From a virus (taxonomy: Duplodnaviria > Caudoviricetes), in IMG/VR virus record IMGVR_UViG_3300049982_000065, positions 1 through 43,111 of that record: a DNA stretch of 43,111 bases; one strand, given 5' to 3'. The notes under the pieces were generated by a model, which saw nothing but the letters and a program-made list of their open reading frames with translations, had not been told where the DNA came from and searched no databases. The translations under genes were made by a program, and so were the position numbers. The stretch's first letter is position 1, and the number at the start of each line of letters is the position of its first letter. Positions 1 through 7,520 of this stretch are shown piece by piece.

Positions 1-127
1 AGTGGCTCCAGGCTGGTCGCGAGATCGCTCAGCTTCGCCAACCGGAGGGGTATTTCCTCCCCTTCAAGATAGTCCAATGTTGGACTATCTGCGTTGGGCG
101 CAGTTAGGCGGTTGCCCAACAGATCTC
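1..127. repeat. 127-bp terminal overlap identical to 42985-43111 (assembly circularisation)
   Basis: Exact match. 127 is a common assembler k-mer, and an ORF reads in frame across the join. Confidence 0.9.
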
Positions 128-1766
128 CCTGCGTGTAGGTCACGTTAGGCCGCTGGGCGACCATCCATGGACTGGCCGGATTGGGGGTACCGGCCAGGGC
201 GAACTCACGCGCTTCCGAATCGCTGGTCAGAATGCCCTGGACAATGGTCGCCTCATCACCGGCCACCACTACCCAGCGTCCCAATTCCTTGGGCTTACGC
301 ATGAACTTGATCTCGCTGACCAGCATTTTCCAGGTCTGCGCGGTATAGCGCGCCAACAATCGGATCATGAAATTCTCGCGCATATCCGCGTTACCATTGA
401 ACACGCGATTGGACATGCGCTGAGCGGCCAGGAGATCGAACATTCCAAACTGTCGGCCCGCAAAATCGAGCTTCTGAAATCCGATCAAAGCGGGCGAACG
501 CATCGACATCGTTCGGCGTTCCTCCGGTTCTGCCGTAGCACGGAGATCCATCCAATACTCCATGAGCAGGGTGGAGGTCATGTTCCATTCCTCGCGCACC
601 ACCAGCACCTTCGGCGCGCCCGCGGGCAACTCGTTGTCTGGCCCCATCGCCTGCTTCCGGCGGTCGATCTCCTCCCCGATCTCCACTCCGCAGTCATGAA
701 TGGCCTGCTCCGTAGTGAGGTAGCGGACGCCGGGCAACCCCTTGGCCCACGAGTGACTGGCCGCCTTCCAGTCCAGGACGATCACCGTCCACCCCCAGTG
801 GAGAGCCTGCATGATGATTACCTTCATCATCATCGACTTGCCTGCTCCGCTACCCGCGGAGAGCGCGATGTGCGGAGAGTCCGCCACCATCTCCGCTGCC
901 AGGAGTTCTCCGCCTGCCACCATCCCGAGGAACGGCCGGTACTCCATGGTGGCGTACAGGAGGCGCTCCACTTCTCCATACGTGATGCTCTTGGGAGGAG
1001 CAGGCGGAGCGGAGATGAGCAGGCGCGGCGCATTACCGGAGAGCTGCCACGCGGCCACCGTCTCCAGCATGCCGAGCTTCGCCGCTACCGCGCGCTCGAT
1101 CCGCGCCTTGCCCTTCTCGTCTGCTCCGGAGAAGCTGCCCGGTAGGAGGATCTCCACCGGGCCGGCACTGGGCTCCATGTAGTCGTACGGCACCGTGATC
1201 CATGAGCGTGCCTCCTCTGGCCGCCGTTCCACCTGGAGCAGGGGTGCCAGCGCGCGCGCGAGGGGGATCACTGTCTCCTGCTCCCACGCCCGGCGGCCGA
1301 CCACTACGCGCTCCCATCGAAGCCGGAGCACGTAGGGAGTCTCCTCCGTCAATCGCTCCTCCTCCCGGATCTCCCCCTCCGACTCTTCGCGCTGTTCCTT
1401 ACGGATCACGGGGAGACTGAGACCGTGCTCCCGGATGTGCCGCCGAAACAGGAGACTTCCGACCGGCAGGAGATGGGCGGCCAGGAGGAGCACGAAGAGC
1501 GTGTGTGCTCCGGAGAACCAGGCTGCCAGGAGAACCAGGAGCAGGAGCACTCCGTATACTCCGGAGATCCGGATGACGGAGCGTTTCCAGCCGGCCAGTC
1601 GCAACCATCGCGACGGGTATCCACTCGACGCGTCCCGCCAGAACGTGGCGTTGGTGCGCATCAGGTTATCCATGGGCCGGCCGACCAGGAAGCGCACGAT
1701 CCGTCCGCCCGGCAACCACGGATACTCGCCATGTAGCTCGATGTGCTCCATCCGACTAAGCTTCAT
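1..1766 (-). CDS. traB: TraB/FtsK-SpoIIIE-like DNA translocase, 5' part (continues across the junction to 42819; 643 aa total)
   Basis: Manual translation, absent from the ORF track: two N-terminal TM helices, Walker A SPHIALSAGSGAGKS, VIVLDWK, Walker B VLVVREE, GRQFGM..LLAAQR, RENFMIRLLARY, LGRWVVV. ATG at 1766 overlaps the upstream stop (ATGA). The frame is continuous with ORF 42819..43103. Confidence 0.85.
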   Translation of the reverse strand, partial: MKLSRMEHIELHGEYPWLPGGRIVRFLVGRPMDNLMRTNATFWRDASSGYPSRWLRLAGWKRSVIRISGVYGVLLLLVLLAAWFSGAHTLFVLLLAAHLLPVGSLLFRRHIREHGLSLPVIRKEQREESEGEIREEERLTEETPYVLRLRWERVVVGRRAWEQETVIPLARALAPLLQVERRPEEARSWITVPYDYMEPSAGPVEILLPGSFSGADEKGKARIERAVAAKLGMLETVAAWQLSGNAPRLLISAPPAPPKSITYGEVERLLYATMEYRPFLGMVAGGELLAAEMVADSPHIALSAGSGAGKSMMMKVIIMQALHWGWTVIVLDWKAASHSWAKGLPGVRYLTTEQAIHDCGVEIGEEIDRRKQAMGPDNELPAGAPKVLVVREEWNMTSTLLMEYWMDLRATAEPEERRTMSMRSPALIGFQKLDFAGRQFGMFDLLAAQRMSNRVFNGNADMRENFMIRLLARYTAQTWKMLVSEIKFMRKPKELGRWVVVAGDEATIVQGILTSDSEAREFALAGTPNPASPWMVAQRPNVTYTQGDLLGNRLTAPNADSPTLDYLEGEEIPLRLAKLSDLATSLEP

Positions 1767-2095
1767 CGTGGGACCTTCTCCCACGGGAAGAACCACGCCT
1801 CACGCTCGCCACTCATCCGGCAGTTGTACGAGTCGTGACCGGCAGAGAAGCCGGGCCAGTAGTCAAGCGTGACAATCGGCGGAGCGACATCGAATCCGGC
1901 ACGAAGGAACACGCGAGCACGTTCCTCTTCTTTCATCATGTAGTAACCGAACTGCATCCGCATGCAGCGAGCACAGCCACCACACGGCGGATAGTCGATC
2001 GACTGTCCGCCACAGTCGGACTCGTCGCCCGCAATCTGTATTTCCTCAAAGTTCTTCCACACCGCGTCTTTCCACTCCGGTGAGAGGTATCTCAT
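1763..2095 (-). CDS. Hypothetical protein (CxxCxxC motif)
   Basis: 110-aa ORF coupled by ATGA overlaps to both neighbours. Confidence 0.7.
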   Translation of the reverse strand: MRYLSPEWKDAVWKNFEEIQIAGDESDCGGQSIDYPPCGGCARCMRMQFGYYMMKEEERARVFLRAGFDVAPPIVTLDYWPGFSAGHDSYNCRMSGEREAWFFPWEKVPR

Positions 2096-2856
2096 CGCAC
2101 GCTCTCCAACCTGGCAGACTCACGCATCATGTCGATCAACTCAGGGCGAACCTTCTCGGTCGCCGCATCGATCACTGCGTTTGGATTGTCGCGGAGCGTC
2201 CGGTACACCTTGCTCAACCGGCCATACGTGGCGGGAGAGATGGCGGACTCCTGAACAATGGCGCTCTTGTCTGCGCCATTGATGAGCATTCTAACCGCTA
2301 CCACCTGATGAGGATCAACAGTGCCGCGCGGACGACGAGTGTGCTTTTCGGTCGTGTCGTGGATTGTGGTACCGATCGGAGCGGGAGAGACGGGCACCAG
2401 TTCCGTCGTGCTCCAGTCGCGATCGATGGCATCCAACTCCTGCTCGACAGGCTCAATTGCGGCCGCCCGGATCGCGAGCAGCGCGACTGTGGAGCCGAGC
2501 ATCAGACCATCGATCGCCAGTGGGCCGATCAGCGCGGAGAAGTCATCTTCGCCACCGAGGATCATCAGTGCGTGGATGTGCTGGTAACTGACTACGGCCG
2601 CCACAGCAGAGACCGGGCCGAGAAGGATGATCCGGCCAAACCAATCGATCATCTGCTCACGCCAGGCCACCCGTACAAAGACCTCCACCGCCACGAACAG
2701 TGCGGCCGGCCAGATGAATGCGAGCACTACGCGGATGATCAGGTTCACGGTACTAGAGACCAGCACGGTGTGGGTCTCGTTGCCGAGGACGGAGAGCACA
2801 GCGCCGAGCCCGAGCCCGAATCGTGCCCATCGTCGGCCACTGGCGTTGTTCTGCAT
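2092..2856 (-). CDS. DUF2637-like (SpdA/SpdB-type plasmid spread) membrane protein with C-terminal HTH-like region
   Basis: Four TM segments. Motif VSAVAAVVSYQHI..L....GE...ALIGPLAIDGLML resembles DUF2637. RBS GGAGG upstream. Confidence 0.75.
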   Translation of the reverse strand: MQNNASGRRWARFGLGLGAVLSVLGNETHTVLVSSTVNLIIRVVLAFIWPAALFVAVEVFVRVAWREQMIDWFGRIILLGPVSAVAAVVSYQHIHALMILGGEDDFSALIGPLAIDGLMLGSTVALLAIRAAAIEPVEQELDAIDRDWSTTELVPVSPAPIGTTIHDTTEKHTRRPRGTVDPHQVVAVRMLINGADKSAIVQESAISPATYGRLSKVYRTLRDNPNAVIDAATEKVRPELIDMMRESARLESVR

Positions 2857-2930
2857 GATCGCCTCCGAAGATTGGTGTCCACCCGAGTAGCGGTCTAGGT
2901 TCGGCTCATCCGCTCGGGTGGCTCAACTCC

Positions 2931-2958
2931 AGTCTACTTCAACCAGTCCAGTTGTCAA
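2931..2958 (-). promoter_or_regulatory. Phage promoter/operator box driving the spd-traB unit
   Basis: TTGACA-actggactggttgaag-TAGACT (16-nt spacer). Confidence 0.8.
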
Positions 2959-2971
2959 CTGCCATCTGGGT

Positions 2972-3010
2972 AAAAAGAAGCGGCCAGAGGGTTTGACCTC
3001 CTGGCCGCCT
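2972..3010 (-). terminator. Intrinsic terminator
   Basis: gcggccag...ctggccgc stem followed by TTCTTTTT on the - strand. Confidence 0.75.
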
Positions 3011-3042
3011 TGACGATCAGCTCCAGATACCTTCGCCTTGGG

Positions 3043-3234
3043 TCATGCTCTCCCCCCATCTGCATGATCGGCTGCGTACTCACTCGCATCGCGAAGATCG
3101 TCATACCGCTCGGTCCAGTCACAACCTTCCAACAGCCGGGAGTGCAGCACGCATGTGGCGATGATCTGACCATCCTCATCATCAACGGTCAACTCGACAT
3201 CTGCCGTGTCACCGATGAGCATCAACTTCGCCAT
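3043..3234 (-). CDS. Hypothetical protein (63 aa)
   Basis: MAKLMLIGD... starts just after the upstream stop. Confidence 0.6.
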   Translation of the reverse strand: MAKLMLIGDTADVELTVDDEDGQIIATCVLHSRLLEGCDWTERYDDLRDASEYAADHADGGRA

Positions 3235-3239
3235 GATGA

Positions 3240-3479
3240 TCAGTCCTTCGCCTGCGCGAGGAGAGCGTTGAAGAGGGGTGTGTTGAGCATCCACCACGCG
3301 GCATTCGTGCTAGTGATCGCACCAGCTTCGATGTGCCAAGTCGTTGCATCCATCAGGAGTCGCCGCGCGGCGTTGGCCGCGTACGCCGGAACCATCTGAT
3401 CGATACGGATCAGCTTGTCGCCGGACTCGCTGTAGTACTGCGTGGTCTGCTCGAAGTACGCCTTCGTCAAGTTCTGCAT
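3240..3479 (-). CDS. Hypothetical protein (79 aa)
   Basis: ORF track; co-directional and tightly packed. Confidence 0.65.
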   Translation of the reverse strand: MQNLTKAYFEQTTQYYSESGDKLIRIDQMVPAYAANAARRLLMDATTWHIEAGAITSTNAAWWMLNTPLFNALLAQAKD

Positions 3480-3488
3480 GGTTAGCCC

Positions 3489-3656
3489 CTAGCGCCGAGA
3501 GAACGGGAATGACGGCTTCTGCCGCTCGACGAAGGTGCAATCACTGTTCGGGTGAACCTTGCCCGTGGTGATCGAGCAGTCGCACTCGCTGCACTTGGGG
3601 CAGTGATCTCCAAGCTGAACGCCACACTTGCAGATGGTGCTTGCCGTCTTCGTCAT
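3489..3656 (-). CDS. Small Cys-rich protein (55 aa), probably leaderless
   Basis: Manual translation MTKTASTICKCGVQLGDHCPKCSECDCS...; ATG 6 nt after the -10 box. Confidence 0.6.
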   Translation of the reverse strand: MTKTASTICKCGVQLGDHCPKCSECDCSITTGKVHPNSDCTFVERQKPSFPFSRR

Positions 3657-3662
3657 GCCATC

Positions 3663-3690
3663 AGTCTACTCTAACCAGTCCAGTTGTCAA
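3663..3690 (-). promoter_or_regulatory. Phage promoter/operator box
   Basis: TTGACA-actggactggttagag-TAGACT. Confidence 0.8.
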
Positions 3691-3697
3691 CTGTTGA

Positions 3698-4288
3698 TCA
3701 AGGCTGAATGATTTGAGTGCCCGGCATGGCGAGCATCTTGTGAAAGAGGGACGATGGAGTCACATCCTGCGGAAGGCGGCCATCGTTGAAGACGTGGTAG
3801 CCGGCATCGGACATCGCCTGGTCGGCCAACTGCGAGCAGATCATGTGACCTGAGGATGTGACGAAGTTGTGGATGGGTCCGTTTCGGATGCGCATGTGCC
3901 AGCCGGTCAACGCCACGTAGTCCAGGAAGCTGTACGGAGTTCCGATATACTTTCGCGCGTGGTGCGCCACAGCATCACCGATCCATTGGTTGCCGAACCC
4001 ATCGATGCCATACGCTGGGCGGAGATAGATGTAGTCTTTCGTCCAGTGCTTCTGGCCAATCTCGATCTCTTCCGCGCCAGATGGCATAGCTTGCACGATG
4101 CTCGGTCCGTATGGTTCGAAGTAAGTTGGATCCGAATCGCCGGCTTGCGTCACCACGGCGACATGATGTGGATAGCCTGGCTGACCGAGGATTGTCTGAC
4201 CAAGGAGGATGAGAAGGTCCGCGGCGATGGGCCGGACGTGCCGGGCGAACATGATATCGCCCGGCCGGAGATCAGCGAGTGTGCTCAT
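3698..4288 (-). CDS. Permuted papain-like NlpC/P60 (YiiX/YebB-type) amidase
   Basis: LRPGDIMF, HHVAVV (His first), ARKYIGTPY, ICSQL (Cys later), VTPSSL. Confidence 0.8.
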   Translation of the reverse strand: MSTLADLRPGDIMFARHVRPIAADLLILLGQTILGQPGYPHHVAVVTQAGDSDPTYFEPYGPSIVQAMPSGAEEIEIGQKHWTKDYIYLRPAYGIDGFGNQWIGDAVAHHARKYIGTPYSFLDYVALTGWHMRIRNGPIHNFVTSSGHMICSQLADQAMSDAGYHVFNDGRLPQDVTPSSLFHKMLAMPGTQIIQP

Positions 4289-4583
4289 CGAGCACCTTTC
4301 TGATCTTTACCGCAGTGGGCGCATGAAAGCCTTCAGCTTCGGTTTCATCTGCCAGCACGTTGAACGCCTTGATCAGTGCGGCATACTTGCGACCCAACGA
4401 CTGTGCGACGTTCTCCCATCCGGCGGCACGCTGAATGGCTGCTTTGGTCGGGCCGAAGCTCTCCACCTGTTCGCGGAACTTGCGCAACGCGATCAGTTCT
4501 TTACGGAGTTCGACGTAATCTCCGACAGTTGCGTTGACCGGGATGATGGGTGACGCACAGATAGAATCGCCTAGCTCACTCAC
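4272..4583 (-). CDS. Hypothetical coiled-coil protein (103 aa)
   Basis: GTG start with AGGAGG RBS, within ORF 4272..4823. Confidence 0.6.
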   Translation of the reverse strand: MSELGDSICASPIIPVNATVGDYVELRKELIALRKFREQVESFGPTKAAIQRAAGWENVAQSLGRKYAALIKAFNVLADETEAEGFHAPTAVKIRKVLDEHTR

Positions 4584-4681
4584 GGTTGCCTCCTGACATC
4601 CTGTAACCAGCCCCTCCTCACTCAGCCCCCGATGGTGGAGCTGAAAGACACCATCAGGGAGGAGGGGCTGGAGGCAGGGGG

Positions 4682-5332
4682 TCAGGCGGAAGCGGTCGCT
4701 TGCGCCCGGTACCACGTGAGCGCGGCGGCACGCTGCTCCGCCGTGGGGTCGATGATCCCCCACGAGAATTGCGGCTTGCTCGGGGAGCGGCCGGCACGGA
4801 TCTGATCCATGTAGGCGTTCCACTCCTTCGTGGCATCCACCCAGGTCAGGCCCTTGCGGTAGCCAGGACCGGTCGGGCAGCGCTTGACCACACCGAGGAG
4901 CAGCGGGAATCCCGACTTCTCCAGGCCGGCCAGCTTGATCGTGACCGCCCTACCGTAGGCATACCACGACTCCCACGTGTACGGCGGTTCGAAGGTGTTG
5001 GTCTCCTCCGGGAACGTCTTGCCGTTTAGCTCGCGTTCCGGCGTGAAGACGGAGATGGTGCCGCCGTCCAGGACGGTGAGATTTGCGGAATAGAAATCCT
5101 GCTTCTGGTCCGGCTGGTTCGGGACCGGCTGGTCCTTCATCAGTTCGACCGGCTCCAGTACGACGAGTCGGTCGAGGATCTCATCCCATTTTGGCCCGCG
5201 GGGGCCGGAGCTTCCGCCGATCGAGTCGGGCGAGGCGAACGGATCGGCGTTGGGATCGAGCGCACGCTGTTTTGCGGCCGGTCCGGCGGAGCCGTTCGTC
5301 TGTGCGGCTGCGGCCGCATACGGGTCTGTCAC
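4682..5332 (-). CDS. Putative ssDNA-binding/recombination protein
   Basis: GTG start with an AGGA RBS. N-terminal DPFASP low-complexity tail then a beta-rich core; position near the exonuclease. Function is inferred. Confidence 0.45.
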   Translation of the reverse strand: MTDPYAAAAAQTNGSAGPAAKQRALDPNADPFASPDSIGGSSGPRGPKWDEILDRLVVLEPVELMKDQPVPNQPDQKQDFYSANLTVLDGGTISVFTPERELNGKTFPEETNTFEPPYTWESWYAYGRAVTIKLAGLEKSGFPLLLGVVKRCPTGPGYRKGLTWVDATKEWNAYMDQIRAGRSPSKPQFSWGIIDPTAEQRAAALTWYRAQATASA

Positions 5333-5371
5333 TGTGTTCCTGCTTTCCTGCGAGACGGTGAGACTGTTGGC

Positions 5372-5465
5372 GAAGTGGTGGCCGAGGGTTCCGCATCCCT
5401 CGCCCATGTTCGTCCTCACCTTGAGTGAGCGATGCATGGGGCAGCTCGAAAATCGCCACCACTCC
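5372..5465 (-). ncRNA. Structured RNA element (branched fold)
   Basis: Stems ggagtggtggc/gccaccacttc, cccatg/catggg, ctcac/gtgag, cgaggg/ccctcg. Confidence 0.45.
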
Positions 5466-5555
5466 GTGCACCATATCGTCGGTGCCCCGGTCCGCTCTAC
5501 ACCTAATCGTGCCCGACGTTCAACTGACGGGCGCAAGAAGGATTGACGGACTGCG

Positions 5556-5633
5556 TGTCCCCGGCCCGGCTCAAACGGGCAACTTTTCTCGGAGAGGGGT
5601 GACCATGACAGTCAAGCCACGAAAGGCGGGGAC
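5556..5633 (-). ncRNA. Degenerate tRNA-like element (78 nt)
   Basis: 7-bp acceptor GTCCCCG/CGGGGAC; T-arm GCCCG-TTTGAGC-CGGGC; TGAC/GTCA stem with 7-nt loop. Confidence 0.45.
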
Positions 5634-5799
5634 TCCATATTCAGTTGTGGTACACCGGCCCAACCGCCTACCGGCACGCGCACTCCGCGAAATTAGGAGC
5701 CATACAGCCTGATCGCCGCGTATTCGCCTACCGCTGTCTTACCTTCCAATTCGCTGGCGAGTCGTTCGGTTCTCAGTAGTGCGCTTCCCTTGCGTTTCG

Positions 5800-5873
5800 C
5801 ACTCCGTGCCAGAGTCGAACTGGCCCTAACCTACTCACCTTTCGGCTTTCGTTCCCGTACCGGGTACCGGAGC
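5800..5873 (-). ncRNA. Degenerate tRNA-like element (74 nt)
   Basis: Acceptor-like GCTCCG/CGGAGT; canonical T-arm GCCAG-TTCGACT-CTGGC; GAAA-tetraloop hairpin where an anticodon arm is expected. Confidence 0.5.
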
Positions 5874-5943
5874 GCCTCTTGAGAGCAGAGCCGGAGGTGT
5901 TCTAAAGAACTGCCTCTTCCGGAGTCTCGTGAGGATGTGGAGC

Positions 5944-5970
5944 CTAGCCCCACTCGTTGCCACGAACCAT
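5944..5970 (-). CDS. Mini-ORF MVRGNEWG
   Basis: Preceded by AGGAGGTGATCC, a perfect extended Shine-Dalgarno; first ORF after the promoter at 6026-6054. Confidence 0.45.
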   Translation of the reverse strand: MVRGNEWG

Positions 5971-6025
5971 GGGGATCACCTCCTATGGAATTGTTATCGG
6001 ATGACCACTCCGTCCGACAAGAAGA

Positions 6026-6054
6026 ACACTACCCGAAGCCAGTCCGGATGTCAA
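6026..6054 (-). promoter_or_regulatory. Phage promoter/operator box upstream of the non-coding tract
   Basis: TTGACA-tccggactggcttcggg-TAGTGT (17-nt spacer). Confidence 0.7.
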
Positions 6055-6059
6055 CTGGT

Positions 6060-7031
6060 CTACCCGGTCCAGTCGGCCAGGGACATGCGCTCGACGCTCT
6101 TGCCGTAGCTGCGCTCATCCATGATGTAACGGGCGGTCTGGGCGTTCCTCCACCCGCGGACCAGGTCGGCCTTTCGGAGCCGGGGCGGGGCTCCGTCGCT
6201 CGGCATATGCAGCACCACGCCGCGCTCCTGGTTCACCATGAACGCCGGCCCCTGCACGTAGGTTACTTCCTGGAGCATCCACTCTGCGCGAGCGTAGACG
6301 GCAAGCTGAATGTCGATCTCCAACCAGGTGAAGAACTCCCGAGCCTTGGTCTTCAGGTCCGCGATGAACATCTCCCCGGTCCGCGTGTCCACGAGGATGT
6401 CATCGAAGCGGCCGGCACAGCGCACCACATCGTTGCGAATGACCCGCTCGCTGAAGCCGGCCAGACGCTCAAGGTGTGCGTCGGCCAGGAGGGTCTCCAG
6501 ATCGATGATCTGCGCCTGCATGTCCGGTGATCCGAACAGCGGGCCACCGTTCGCCCGGATCTCCCACGCCTTATGCCGGTTGATGCCCTTCTGCCGCGCG
6601 TCGTTAGCGCCGGCACGCTGTTTCGCGCGACCCACGATCGAGGGGCCGCGCTCCTTCCACGTGCCGGTCAGTGCGCGCCGCACTTCCGGGAAGTCGCGCA
6701 ACCGCTGGAAGTCCACGCCATCGCGCATGGCCTGCCGGACCAGGAGGCAGACCTCCTCATACAGCGACACGTCCAGGGCGAGCCCGATGAACCCCTGCTC
6801 CTGCTCCCAGATCGAGAGCGCCTCCGTATCCACGAACGCGCCCGCAAGATTGGTGGTTCTGGTCATCCCGTACGGCACCCAGTCGCCACCCGACTTCGTG
6901 CCCTGCTCACCGGGGAGAAGTGGCATGTGGTACTTGCCGTTGTATACGTTGCCAAACCGCTTCTCCTCCTTGTCGGTGGAGAGGAACGGTGTCAGCTCCG
7001 CGGCTGTGGCGAACGGGTCAGCGAGAGTCAT
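6060..7031 (-). CDS. PD-(D/E)XK (Cas4/RecB-like) exonuclease
   Basis: CAGRFDDI...IADLKT...IQLAVYA motifs. Confidence 0.85.
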   Translation of the reverse strand: MTLADPFATAAELTPFLSTDKEEKRFGNVYNGKYHMPLLPGEQGTKSGGDWVPYGMTRTTNLAGAFVDTEALSIWEQEQGFIGLALDVSLYEEVCLLVRQAMRDGVDFQRLRDFPEVRRALTGTWKERGPSIVGRAKQRAGANDARQKGINRHKAWEIRANGGPLFGSPDMQAQIIDLETLLADAHLERLAGFSERVIRNDVVRCAGRFDDILVDTRTGEMFIADLKTKAREFFTWLEIDIQLAVYARAEWMLQEVTYVQGPAFMVNQERGVVLHMPSDGAPPRLRKADLVRGWRNAQTARYIMDERSYGKSVERMSLADWTG

Positions 7032-7164
7032 GCGTCGACCACCTGAAGACTAGACACGGGAGTGGACAGACGTAAATGAAGCTAGAAGCCACGTACACGC
7101 CTACCCAAAGGTCACGTGGCTCAAAGTAAACTCCGATTCGCCCGATTCGCCCGACTCGTTTCAT
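7018..7164 (-). CDS. Small hypothetical protein (48 aa)
   Basis: Manual translation MKRVGRIGRIGVYFEPRDLWVGVYV...; ATGA-coupled and fills the gap. Confidence 0.6.
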   Translation of the reverse strand: MKRVGRIGRIGVYFEPRDLWVGVYVASSFIYVCPLPCLVFRWSTHDSR

Positions 7165-7520
7165 TCGTCGACCACCTTGAAGCCGGCCAGCATGAGCACG
7201 CCGAGGACGTAGGTGCGCTCATCAGCGCCGACCAGGCGCGCCGATCGAATCGAATTGATCATGTCATCCGTGATGGCGATAGTCCGGGGACTCTCGACAT
7301 TCGCAGCTTTGTAGACGGAGATGGACGTGATTGCCACTTGTGCCCATATCTCCTTCTCGTGGTCGGAGAGTTCGTTTCCCGGATGCTTGCTGTTCGTCCA
7401 CGGTGGAAGTCCGATAGTTTCGCCGTTATAGCTGACAACCCCTTCGTTCGCCTCCACCCATCGCTCGTATGCCGCCTGGCCGAGCGCCCATCTGAGCTCT
7501 TTCACCCAGTCATCCATCAT
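7161..7520 (-). CDS. Hypothetical protein
   Basis: ORF track, AGGAGG RBS, overlapping stop/start. Confidence 0.7.
   Translation of the reverse strand: MMDDWVKELRWALGQAAYERWVEANEGVVSYNGETIGLPPWTNSKHPGNELSDHEKEIWAQVAITSISVYKAANVESPRTIAITDDMINSIRSARLVGADERTYVLGVLMLAGFKVVDE

Noticed and set aside
5556-5873. Canonical functional tRNA genes (for example a UCA anticodon at the 5556-5633 element)
   Set aside because: The D-loop GG, U8/U33 context and CCA are missing, so these are reported only as tRNA-like
5973-5984. 16S rRNA 3'-end fragment on the + strand
   Set aside because: Only 12 nt with no flanking rRNA; better explained as a - strand Shine-Dalgarno
6060-7031. Cas4 as part of a CRISPR system
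   Set aside because: Ordinary phage PD-(D/E)XK exonuclease in a recombination context; lacks the four-Cys Fe-S pattern
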